Shown in pieces: positions 16,071 through 28,812 of a stretch of DNA of 64,000 nt. The translations under genes and the position numbers were made by a program. Origin of the DNA: the human T2T-CHM13v2.0 reference genome, Homo sapiens. The stretch lies in NCBI RefSeq assembly GCF_009914755.1, contig NC_060926.1. One strand, written 5' to 3'. The notes under the pieces were generated by a model, which had not been told where the DNA came from, searched no databases, and worked only from the letters and a program-made list of their open reading frames with translations. The stretch's first letter is position 1, and each line of letters starts with the position of its first letter.

Positions 16071-17682
16071 AATGGTATCTACCATATTTTTTTCAAACAT
16101 ATAACATACTTTAAGGTAATGAGATTAGGTCGTGCAGCTCACAAATAGCTCTGAAGGCAGTTCCTATAGCAGAGACTCAATTGTTATGAGCATTAGCTAT
16201 TGGCATGACAGAATAGGCTTCAAAGTGACTTCTTTGAAGGACAAGATTTATTTGAATGTTCTGCTTTAGAATCATTAAAATGAGCACCCTCACTGCCATG
16301 TTGGCTCTACGCACAGTAAGATTAGAGAGACAGCGTTTTACAGTGAAAAGAGTAAGTCAACCCTGGTTTGGGATCTGGATAAATTGCTTAACTTCTCAGA
16401 GCCTTAGTTTCTTCATCTGTAAAATGGATTACTACCCAATTTGAAGGACTATTGTATACATTAGAAATAACTATATATGCCTTGTCATGTAGTAGATGCT
16501 TATAGCAGTTCTTATAATAATAAAGCAAAGTCCCCGTGGTGTATTGTAAATGTGAACCACACTCCTCAGCAGTGATCCTTGTGTGCTAAGCTAGTGGACC
16601 AGAGTTTCCAGCTGAAGTAGATCTGGAACCGAGTCTTGAAAAATGTGTGTAGAGAAGCTTCTGTACTTTTCTTATGTGGATGGCAGTGGCGAGGGGGCGG
16701 TGGCGGGTGCAGCTGCAATACTTAAAAAGGAATTCTATTGTGGCAATAAATGAATATGGCAAGAAATGAGCCTGGCAAGAAATGAATGACAATGGCCCCT
16801 AGGTGGTGCTGAATCATCATGGAAGTGGAGGCTGGACACTTGGCATTTGCGGAGGTGACTTCCTTCTGGTTTGAATTTCAAATAAGAGCAGGACAGCTCC
16901 TTGGGATGTCTGGGAAAAAAGACCAGGCAGAAAAGAGTCTTTTCACTAGGAGCGGGTGCAAAATACACTTGCCTGTGAGGCCTCTTCAGGTCTTCGGTTT
17001 GCTTTAGTTGGAAACAGGAAGCAGGGTCAGACCAACTTGTATTCATTTGCTGAGAGCTGTTGGAGCTGTGACTGATTCTGACAGATCAAATACCATTTAT
17101 AACACTCCTGTGGGGGACACTTTAACCGGGGATGTTAGTGCTAGCCCCTCCAGAGACTAAGTATGTTTGCGGGATGTGAGGACCCCTGGAATATACAAAT
17201 ATGCATGCTAATGAATTTTAACAAAAATAACCCATTATTGTTTTCTGTGCAACACTGTGCATTTCTCAGCTACACCTGTCCTTTCCAACCTCAATTGCTG
17301 GGCAACCTATTTTTCTTTCGGCATCAGAAGCGATAGCATCTGGGAAGTGAATCTGATGAATTCTGCCTGGCAACCAACATCTTTCCAACTGCCAGATCCT
17401 GGGGTAAGAAACTGAGATGCTCTGGAGCTGGTTCAGGGCCAGAACGCACCTGTCCTTGAGGGCCTGGTGATGGGGGAAGGAGGCTGGCCAAATGCAGAAC
17501 TTCTGAAAGTCCACTTCCTGAGTTCATTTCCATTTTGGCAAAATGTGACTTAGGTTTCCAAGGGAAGGAGTTTACATGTATTAAAATGTCTCAGTGGCTG
17601 AAGTTGCTTTGTGTCCTCCGCTAAAGCCTCCTACCATCGATTCCCATCTCCAACACGTTTTCAACTGTGGTGTTTTGGGAAG

Positions 17683-17696
17683 GTAACCATAGCAAC
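17683..17696. promoter_or_regulatory. RFX X-box motif
   Basis: GTAACCATAGCAAC fits GTHNYY-AT-RRNAAC exactly; a second related site GTAACCCCATGGTAAT lies at 17741-17756. Confidence 0.5.
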
Positions 17697-20390
17697 TAAT
17701 CTTATTCAGAAATGACTGGACCTAGGCAGTAAACGGCAAGGTAACCCCATGGTAATTTTCAGTGGAAACCCAATATTGATTCTAACAATTGTACAGGCTG
17801 AGCACTGTTAGCTATTTACTAAGCACTGTTCTCCTTTAAGACATTTGATTCTCACAACCCTGTGAGGTAGTCATCATTATCCTCTCTAACACTCGAGAGT
17901 TGGCCCATGGTTGTGCAGCTAATTAAATCTGCTGGACCCTGAAATCAGCTTTTTTCTCTTATACAGACTCTGCCTTCTAAGGAAAACTGGAGAGACGCCT
18001 TCCGGTGTCTATTTTGCAGGTAGTAAAAGTGAGTCACAGAATCATGGAAATTGTTCAAGGCAACAGCAGAGCTGCAGATCCTCTGCCCTAATCCCAATAA
18101 TGCCTTTCTGTTATATGTAGAGCTTTAGAGCTCTCAAGATTATCTCATCTATTGCTCACAGCGGGTCTTTGTGATGATTATATCTATTTATAGATGAGAA
18201 AATTGAGACATGAAAAGGTTAAATGGCATTTCTCAAGGTCACCAATTACTATATTGAAGAACAAGAAATAAAATCCGTTTCTAATTCTCTGCTGCCTTAC
18301 TAGATGTGGTGCTTTAAAAATATTTCATCCACTTATCTGTTTCAGAATGTATCAGATACATTAGGTACCATATATTATGTGTGGTTGACAAGATTTTCAG
18401 GATTAACTTTAATTCACCAGAGATAAACTTTATATCTAATGAGATCATCTTTATGGAAATACTGTTTATGAGTATAAATGTTTTTATGTGAGAATTATAT
18501 ATTCTAATGAATCTTTAAAAATCCATACTTCATGTGCTATAGATGCAAAATCATAAATTTATCTCTGTAAATTGCCTAAGATGATGGTAGAGAAGGGTGT
18601 TATGCTTAAAATTTTTAGCGCTGTAAAAGCTACAATAGTCTCAAGAGAAAAATGGTCAGTAATCTTTAACAGAGCCACCTGCCATGCATGGGGCCCAGTG
18701 TATGGAGAGGAAGGGTGGGGGCATAACCCCAATCCCACAGGGTATGTTCGGTGGCTTAGATTTGTTCACTCAGTGGGGTAGAGGCACAACTCATGAAGTG
18801 ACACCCAGAAGCCTGGACTCCAAGTTCCTTTGAGAGCTTGATGTAGACCCTTCAAACATTGGTCGGGGGTGGGAGTGCGAGGTGAGAGTAGGAGGTGTGG
18901 GAAGGTGACTGGAGATAGAAGCCTGACTCTTGCCTGGAAAAGCCCAAAGGCAGAAGGCTGCCTGGAGCTGCTGCTGATGGCAGAGCAAAAACAGGTGGCT
19001 GTAAGAAGGCTTTTGGCTTCCAAGTTTTGCAGGGGAGAAGGGATGGCATGGATGCATAATATTTCCTGTGGATTAAACGAATGCTGAAGAAACTAGCAGG
19101 CTTGAGTCATCCTGAAAGGCACCTGTCCTAGAGGACGTCCTGCCAAAGCTCAGAAATCTCAGCAAAAAGAGGCTGTATGGGGTCTTCACAGTCAGCCTGA
19201 GAGTGCCTTGTGGGGGTCAGGTCAGGGAATGCTGTGGTGTAAGAAAGACACGCCATGGAAAGAGAGGTGGGAGTAGGGGTGTCTCTTAAGAACCCACAAA
19301 AGTCACTCATGTGAGGAGGAGCCAGCACTTGAGCATCTAGCACACAAAGGGCATCCTCGCAGACTGCAAGGTCACCAGTGAATAGACCCATTTACCTCTA
19401 GTCCCTCCTCCCCACCTGGCCCTGGAGATGCCAGAGGCAGCACAGTGAGCGGGGCAGGAGGAGCAGAAAACAGAACAAGGGGGGCAAACAGCAAAAGAAG
19501 ATTCCACAGCCTCCTCCCCCTGCTGCTCATTACTGAGCTGGAAGAAAGGAAGGAATCTTAGATTGGGTGAGAGCTGCATATTTTGAGAATAGATCAGGTG
19601 ATGAGCTTTTTAATACCTTAAAATGAGGCTCTTCTAATAGCCATGTGCAACCAAAAATACTCTGGCATATGCCGGAGATGGCCTCTCTGAGGTGGGAAGG
19701 GAGAGCTGGCAGAGCCAGTGTGATGGGCAAGGGAGGGAAGAAGATGGAGCTGTTTCCAGCCTGCTGGAGCTACTGACCCAGCCTGTTCAATAAACTAGTG
19801 TCCCCTAGTAAGAGCCTTCCAAGTTAATCGAATGAACCCCTGGATTTCTTCTTGCTCTGTCACCCCCAGCAGTGAGGCTCACTCTAGAGTTTAGATCCTG
19901 CGTGTTCTTTTTCTTTTAACATCTGGTAGAAAAAGCACCCCCTGGCCTCTTCCACTTGGTTTCACATTTTCACTTTAGAGTTATCACCAAGTAGAAAAGC
20001 CACTTTTCCCTAAACTGCAGGCAAGAGCTGCAAACTCCCTCTAGGTGACTTTGTTGGGCCTTCAGAAGGAGGTTAGAATCTGAAGGGAGTAAACATTACA
20101 ATTAGGAAAAATTATCTCTTACAATAAAACATCCTCTCATACTGTCTGTAATAGCATATAATGTTACATGGGCCCGAACAATATGTATTCATCTGCAATT
20201 ATTTATGCTCACCAGGGAAAAATTATTTGTTTATTGTTTTAATCATGATTAACCAGCAGTGTAATGATAGGGTGATAATGATAACAACGTGAAGAATGAA
20301 ATGTTTGAGGTGCAAATGGAAGGCAAGATGCTAACCCTAGATGCTGAAAGTTTCTGGTAGAGCACAGAGGCAGGAAGTCTATTCTTTAGT

Positions 20391-20391
<1 letters not shown>

Positions 20392-20439
<48 letters not shown>

Positions 20440-20440
20440 T
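20392..20440. repeat. (TG)n microsatellite
   Basis: TG run. Confidence 0.97.
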
Positions 20441-21474
20441 TGGGGGAAACGCATGGTATAGGGGGTACATTTATCCTGAACAAGGACGAGATAGGAGTGG
20501 CCCAGTGCTCTTCTGACTTCCAAAGCCTGCTTTGCATTCAAGTTCAGGAGCTTAGGGCTCTCAAAGACTTCTTTTTCCTTCCATTCCTCCCACAGAATGA
20601 GAACAAATCCTGGTTAGAGCTACAGGGATCTTCCCAGCTTGTGAAAATTCCCATGTAATTGTTTCTGAGAGGCTGTCTTTCTTTCTCAGAAGTTCCAGAG
20701 AATTCCAGCTTCCCAAGGGCTGACCTTGAGTCATCCACACACCCGTTTTCCACCTTCTCAGCTCTGGAACAGGGTTTGGTTCCATGGCTTATGACTTTCC
20801 CAAGGTTTCTGAGCTCGGTCCAGCAAGTAAAATATGTATCCCCTTCACTTAAGGAAGCAAAATTTTGTGGGCAAATTCTCAATCATGGCAAATCTTCATC
20901 TTTTGTATCTGGCTTTGGTTTAAACAAATGGTTAAAAGTACCTCCCAGCTAGCTTTGGTGAATGAAGTTGATAAAACTAAGTTACATTCCTTTTGATTAA
21001 ATATAGGCATGAAGAGTTAATTTTTCTCTTCAGATAAGAACTAACTCAGAAGGCAGTTCCAGAAGAAAAGTGCATCCAAATATTTTGAACAATGACAGCA
21101 TCATGGGAATAAGTGTACGGCAGCATGTCTCCCGGGAAGAGTATTTGAAGCCCAAACCAACAGATACCACATAAAATACAACAATAGCCACTATCTTTTA
21201 AGCATTTTCCTCAAAGGTTGATTAAATGAAACACTTCAACTTTGGGGTAAGTATTATTAATGCCCACTTTATAGATGAAAAAATTCAGACTTAGACTTAT
21301 CAGCCATGTGGCTTTGAGCAAGTAATTTAAATTTTTAGATTTGATTCCAGAGCCATATATCATATATGATATAACTTTGTACCAACCAAACAGAAAGCAA
21401 GTCATTTTCAAACAAATGCTTTATTGATTTTCTCTTATTTATATACTAGGATATGAAGTTAACAATACATTTTA

Positions 21475-21960
<486 letters not shown>

Positions 21961-22676
21961 CTAGGTCTTGGTTTCCTCAGTGATATAACAGTCAAGTTGG
22001 GATAGACCTTCTCTAAGATGTGGTGCTCTCCCTTCTTCGCAAATGCTTAGCATAAGCCCAGATTTCCAATTCCAACATCTGGTCAAAGGCCTTCCCCCTT
22101 GCCCCAAACCATGACTTAAGCTTGTAGAAGTGTATGCTGTCATCCTAGGACTAAGAATGTGCAGTGCCTCATAAATCAAATTCAACATTAAATTGCACTG
22201 CAAACAAAAAGTTTCACATGGTTACAATGTTGCTGTATGGAATTTAATGAGCTCCATATGCCTGACCTCTGGATATAAATGATTTGGGGAACTGTAGCTG
22301 TGAAAGAGTCTAAGGGCATCAGCATCTGGTGGTGTGAGTTACACAGAGTGAAGAGAATCGACCTCATTTTTGTACTATTGCCAAGCTCGGAAAGGTAGAA
22401 ATACTCTGCAATCGGTATGCTCACCTTCTGAGAGAATGCTGACAGTTTTCCAGAATTTTTCTCACTCATCAGGAAGTTGTGGAGTCCAGTGGATTCTGAC
22501 TTCCTTCCTGCAGTGCTCCCAGACACTCGTGCCTGTGAGGCCACTGGGCTTTCACTCTGTCCTGGGGAGAGCAGGCTCTCTTGTTGGACATATCGGTGAC
22601 TTTTGATTGACTACTTGTACTTGTTTTGGTCGTCTCTGCTACCCATAAAAAGGTTCTGCCTAAAACCCAGATCTGA

Positions 22677-23389
<713 letters not shown>

Positions 23390-25207
23390 TTCCTGCCTTC
23401 TTATATTAATAAAAAAAATAAAACAAAATAGTGTTGAAGTTTTGGGGCGGTGAAAATTTTGGGGGGGTGGTATGGAGAGAGAATGGGCGATGTTTCTCAG
23501 GGCTGCTTCAAGCGGGATTAGGGGCGGCGTGGGAACCTAGAGTGGGAGAGATTAAGCTGAAGGGAGGTCTTGTGGTAAGGGGTGATATTGTGGGGTTGTT
23601 AGAAGAAACATTTGTCGTATAGAATGATTGGTGATGGCCTGGATACGGTTTTGTATGAATTGAAAAACTAAATGGAATAACAGAAGGAGAAAAACAGGTA
23701 TAAAAGGTCTAAGAATTGGGACGACTCAGGATATCTGATTGGAGAGTGCTTAAGGAGATTCAGCATAGTCCTGCCAGCAAAGATTATTTATTTACTTCAA
23801 GAGTTAAGAGTGGCAGTTTGGGGACAGCACCAGGAGATATCAGCTGTGATGGCTTGGAGAAACAGTGTAAACTGGCAGTGTAAACAAGAGCAGGGCATGT
23901 ATGAGTAGTTGAGAACGGTGAATAGGAGTATGACTAGACAGAAAATAGGAGTATGACAAGTTTTTTTTTGGGGAGGTAGGCACAGTCTAAGTTGGTCTGG
24001 TGTCTGGAATGAGACTGGGGCCTAATAAAAAGGAGCGTCTATACAGGAGCTTAAATGGGCTGTACCCTGTAGCATTCCGAGGACAGGCCTGAATTCTGAG
24101 AAGGGAAAGTGGTAAAAGTATTGTCCAGTCTTTTTTGGTGGCTGAGCTTGGTGAGGTGTGTTTTTAAAAGACCTTCAGTCCATTCTACTTTTCTTGAAGA
24201 CGGAGGACCGTAAGGGATATAAAGGTTTCACTGAATACTAAGAGCCTGAAAAACTGCTTGGCTGATTTGACTAATAAAGGCTCATCTGTTATCAGACTGT
24301 ATTGAGGTGGGAAGGCTAAACTGAGGAATTATGTCTGACAGAAGGGAAGAAATGACTGCGGTGGCCTTCTCAGACCCTGTAGGAAAGGCCTTTACTTATT
24401 CAGTGAAAGTGTCTATTTAGACTAAGAGGTATTTTAGTTTCCTGACTCAGGGCATGTTGAGTAAAGCTAATTTGCCAGTCCTGGGTGGGGCAAATCCTCG
24501 AGCTTGATGTGTAGGGAAGGGAGGGGGCCAGAATAATCCCTGAGGAGTAGTAGAATAGCAGATGGAACACTGAGAAGTTATTTCCTTGAGGATAGATTTC
24601 CACGATGGAAAGGAAATGAGAGGTTCTAAGAGGCGGGCTAGTGGCTTGTACTATAGTATAACCTGCCTTTGCTGGTGTGTGGCGATTAGGTCTGGTGGAA
24701 CCGCCATCAATAAATCAAGCATGATTAGGGTGAGGAACAGGAAAGAAGAAAATCTGGGGAAATGGGGTGAATGTCAGGTGGATCAGAGAGATACAGTCAT
24801 GGGGTCAGGTGTGGTATCAGGAATAATGTGGGAGGCCGGATTGAAGTCTGGGGCAGGAACAACGGTAATTGTGGGAGACTCAACGAAGAGTGAGTATAGC
24901 TGAAGGAGCCGGGAAGCAGAAAGTATATGCGTCAGGTATGAGGAAGAAAATAGATTTTGGAAGTTATGAGAACTGTAGAGAGTGAGTTGAGCATAGTTTG
25001 TGATTTTAAGGGCCTCTAAAAGTATTAAAGCAGTGGCAGCCGCTGCTTGCAGACATGAGGGCTAGGCTAAAACAGTAAGGTCAAGTTGTTTGGACAGAAA
25101 GGCTACAGGGTGTGGTCCTGGCTCTTGTGTAAGAATTCTGACCGCGCTAACCATGCCTAGGAAGGAAAGGAGTTGTTGTTTTGTAGAAGGTGCTGGGGTT
25201 TGAGAGA

Positions 25208-25522
25208 TTAGTCGGACACGATTGGCAGGGAGAGCACGTGTGTTTTTATGAGAATTATGCCGAGATAGGTAACAGATGAGGAAGAAATTTGGGCTTGATT
25301 GAAGTAATGGGGCTGTCTGTGAGCTTTGCGGCAGTACAGCCTAGGTAATTTGCTGAGCTTGATGGGTGTCAGGGTCAGTCCAAGTGAAAGCGAAGAGAGG
25401 CTGGGATGCAAAGGAATAGTAAAGAAAGCATGTTTGAGATCCAGAACAGAATAATGGGTTGTAGAGGGAGGTATTGAGGATAGGAGAGTATATGGGTTTG
25501 GCACCACGGGGTGGATAGGCAA
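25208..25522 (-). pseudogene. HERV-H pol (RT) fragment, disrupted
   Basis: PVVPNPYTLLS...YSVLDLKHAFFTIPLHP (RT motif with LDLKDAF changed to LDLKHAF), then frameshift. Confidence 0.85.
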
Positions 25523-25783
25523 AACAATTTGGTTGCTAAGGCGCAGATCCTGAACTAACTTGTAAGGCTTGTCTGGTTTTAGGACAGGTAAAATGGGGGA
25601 ATTGTAAGGAGAGTTTATAGGCTTTAAAAGGCCATGCTGTAGCAGGCGAGTGATAACAGGCTTTAATCTTTTTAAAGCATGCTGCGGGATGGGATATTGT
25701 CATTGAGTGGGGTAAGGGTGTTTAGGTTTTAATGAGATGGTAAGGGGTGCATGATCGGTCACCAAGGAGGGAGTAGAGGTATC

Positions 25784-26143
25784 TTATACTTGTGGGTTAA
25801 GGTGGGGGGATACAAGAGGAGGACGCAAAGGAGGCTTTGGACTGGGAAGAAGGGTGGCAATGAGATTTAGCTGTAGTCCAGGAATAGTCAGGGAAGCAGA
25901 TAATTTAGTTAAAGTGTCTCGGCCTAATAAGGGAACTGGGCAGGTGGGGATAACTAAAAAGGAGCGCTTAAAAGAGTATTGTCTAAGTTGGCACCAGAGT
26001 TGGGGAGTTTTAAGAGGTTTAGAAGCCTGGCCATCAATACCCACAACAGTTATGGAGGCAAGGGAAACAGGCCCTTGAAAAGAAGGTAATGTGGAGTGGG
26101 TAGCCTCCGTATTGATTAAGAAGGGGACTGGCTTACCTTCCAC
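25784..26143 (-). pseudogene. HERV-H protease remnant
   Basis: FLINTEATHS (catalytic DTGA altered to NTEA) and PVPLLGRD motif. Confidence 0.85.
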
Positions 26144-26253
26144 TGTGAGAGTTACCGGAAGCTCAGCATCCGTGATGGTCTAGGGGGCTTCCAAGGCGAT
26201 CGGGCAGTGTCAGTCTTCAGCCGCTAAGCCGAGAAGTTCTGGGAAGGAGTCAG

Positions 26254-27418
26254 TCAGAGAGCCTTGGGCCAGAGTTCCAGGGACTCTGGGAGTGGCTGCC
26301 AGGTGAGTTGAACAGTCCGATTTTCAGTGGGGTCCCACACAGTTGGGACGCGGCTTAGGAGGAATCCCGGGCTGCGGGCATTCCTTGGCCCAGTGGCCAG
26401 ATTTCCAGCACATTTAGCAAGCTCCTGGGGGAGGAGGTTCTGGAGGAACGCCTGGCTGCTGCGGTTCAGGCGTTTGGAAGTCTTGTGTGCTGGAGATGTG
26501 TCTGGGGTTTGTCTCACAGTGGAGGCAAGGAATTGCAACTTTTTTCTGTTATTGTACACCTTGAAGGTGAGGTTAATTAAGTCTTGTTGTGGGGTTTGAG
26601 GGCCAGATTCCAATTTTTGGAGTTTTATTTAATGTTGGAAGCAGATTGGGTAATAGAATGTATATTGAGAATAAGACGGCCTTTTGACCTTTTAGGGTCT
26701 AGGGCTGTAAAGTGTCTCAGGGTTGCTGCCAAACGAGCCATGAACTGGGCTGGGTTTTTATATTTGATGAAAAAGGGCCTAAACGCTTCTGATTTGGGAT
26801 AAAGAAAAAGGAGCATTAACCTTGACTATGCCTTTAGCTCCAGCCACCTTTTTAAGAGTAAATTGCTGGGCAGGTGGGGGAGGGCTAGTCACAGAACGAA
26901 ACTGTAAGCCGGACCAGGTGTGAGGAGGGGAGGCGATAAAAAGATTACAGGGTGGAGGAGCGGAGGCTGAGGAAGAATGGGGACGTAGCTTGGGCTAGCG
27001 AGGAGGGGAGAGGTCAGATGGGTCTGTAGAAAAGGAAGATTAGAAAGACTCAGCGACGCTTGGGGTTGGGACTGAGGGGACAGGCGGGAGGGAAAGAAGG
27101 AAGATTTGGGACAAGTTGCACTGGGCACAGAGACTAGGAAGGGACTGATGTGTAAAAGAATGCCTGGACGTCAGGCACCTCAGACCGTTTGCCTATTTTA
27201 CGACAAGAATTATTTAGATTGTGCAGGATGGAAAAATTCAAAGTGCCATTTTCTGGCTATTTGGAACTACTGTTGAGTTTGTATTGGGGTCAAGCGGCAT
27301 TGCAGAAGAAAATAAGGCATTTAGGTTTTAGGTCAGGTGTGAGTTGAAGAGGTTTTAAGTTTTTGAGAACACAGGCCAAGGGAGTAGAAGGAGGAATGGA
27401 GGGTGGAAGGTTGCCCAT
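26254..27418 (-). pseudogene. HERV-H gag remnants
   Basis: MGNLPPSIPPSTPLACVLKNL.. from ATG at 27418; QSASNIK / PQTPQQDLINLTFKVYNNR fragments; multiple stops and frameshifts. Confidence 0.8.
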
Positions 27419-27511
27419 AGTGAAGGAAGCAAGCCTAGAGAAAAGAGAGAGTAGAGAAACGGAGGGAAGGGGTTCAGGAGTTCTTACCTTCCAGAAAAGT
27501 GGGAAAAGGGG

Positions 27512-27686
27512 TTGGGGTGCAGAGATAAGAGGTTGGGGCACAGAAATAAGGGATTGGGGCACAGAGATAAGAGGTTGGGGTGTGGAAATAAGGGATTGGG
27601 GTGCAGAGATAAGAGGTTGGGGTGTGGAAATAAGGGATTGGGGCACAGAGGTAAGAGGTTGGGGTGTGGAAATAAGGGATTGGGGG
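27512..27686. repeat. 21-bp tandem array (8 units, alternating as a 42-bp dimer) in the HERV-H leader
   Basis: ttggggtgcagagataagagg / ttggggtgtggaaataaggga units. Confidence 0.9.
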
Positions 27687-28257
27687 TTCTTGCCCTGTAG
27701 AAAAGCGGGACTTGCCGCTAAGGGTGAAGGAGAAGGGGTTGAGGGGTACTTGCCCCTCTCCCAGAAAAGCAGAGAAGGGGTAGAGACAAGGAGAGAAGGG
27801 GTTGAGGTACTTGCCCCTTCCCCAGAAAAGCGGGACTTGCCGCTAAGGGTAAAGGACCAAGGCAGGCATCCCTACGTGGTCTGACACCCTTGAAACGTGG
27901 GTGTATAATCAGGCGTCCCTGCAATGATTAAACACCAATGGAGGGCTGCCTTCCCAGTCCGTGACCGGCGCCGGAGTTTTGGGCCCACGGATAAAACGTG
28001 TCTCCTTTGTCTCTCCCAGAAAATGAAAGGAATTGAAATTAAGAAAAGGGAGAGATTGAAGAGTGGAAAGGAGAAAGTGGTTGAGGGACAGTGAGAGAGG
28101 TTGGAGAAGAGAGTAAGAAGACGCCGTTTACCTGATTTAAAATTGGTGAGATGTTCCCTGGGCTGGTCGGTCTGAGGACCTGAGATCGTAGGTGGATCTT
28201 TCTCATGGAGCAAAGAACAGGAGGACAGGGGATTGATCTCCCAAGGGAGGTACCCCG

Positions 28258-28275
28258 ATCTGAGTCACGGCACCA
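28258..28275 (-). promoter_or_regulatory. HERV-H primer binding site (tRNA-His)
   Basis: TGGTGCCGTGACTCAGAT, one mismatch to TGGTGCCGTGACTCGGAT, 2 nt from the 5' LTR. Confidence 0.9.
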
Positions 28276-28277
28276 AA

Positions 28278-28730
28278 TTTCATGCGCGTCCGTGTGAAGA
28301 GACCACCAAACAGGCTTTGTGTGAGCAACATGGCTGTTTATTTCACCTGGGTGCAGGCGGGCTGAGTCCGAAAAGAGAGTCAGAGAAGGGAGATAAGGGT
28401 GGGGCCGTTTTATAGGATTTGGGTAGGTAAAGGAAAATTACAGTCAAAGGGGGTTTGTTCTCTGGCGGGCAGGAGTGGGGGTCGCAAGGTGCTCAGTGGG
28501 GGTGATTTTTGAGTCAGGATGAGCCAGGAAAAGGACTTTCACAAGGTAATGTCATCAGTTAAGGCAATGACCGGCCATTTACACTTCTTTTGTGGTGGAA
28601 TGTCATCAGTTAAGGCGGGGCAGGGCATATTCACTTCTTTTGTGATTCTTCAGTTACTTCAGGCCATCTGGGCATATACATGCAAGTCACAGGGGATGCG
28701 ATGGCTTGGCTTGGGCTCAGAGGCCTGACA
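28278..28730 (-). promoter_or_regulatory. 5' LTR7 (promoter/enhancer)
   Basis: TATAAAA (minus) at 28408-28414, two CACAAAAGAAGTG blocks, GC boxes. Confidence 0.93.
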
Positions 28731-28812
28731 TTGGTCAGGCTGGTCTCGAACTCCTGACCTCAGGTGATCCACCCACCTCAGCCTCCCAAAGTGCTGGGAT
28801 TACAGGCATGAG
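28731..28812 (-). mobile_element. AluS, 5' part; continuation of the split host Alu
   Basis: ttggtcaggctggtctcgaactcctgacctcaggtg...; Alu TSD gactcctc flanks the whole composite. Confidence 0.9.

Noticed and set aside
17270-17403. Possible + strand cryptic exon (tttctcag| ... G|gtaaga)
   Set aside because: Isolated, with a modest acceptor and no partner exons or supporting frame
27512-27686. Possible CRISPR-like array
   Set aside because: No unique spacers; a simple tandem repeat within a human ERV
27363-27884. 173-aa + strand ORF with WG.EIR repeats
   Set aside because: Antisense translation of the HERV-H 21-bp leader array
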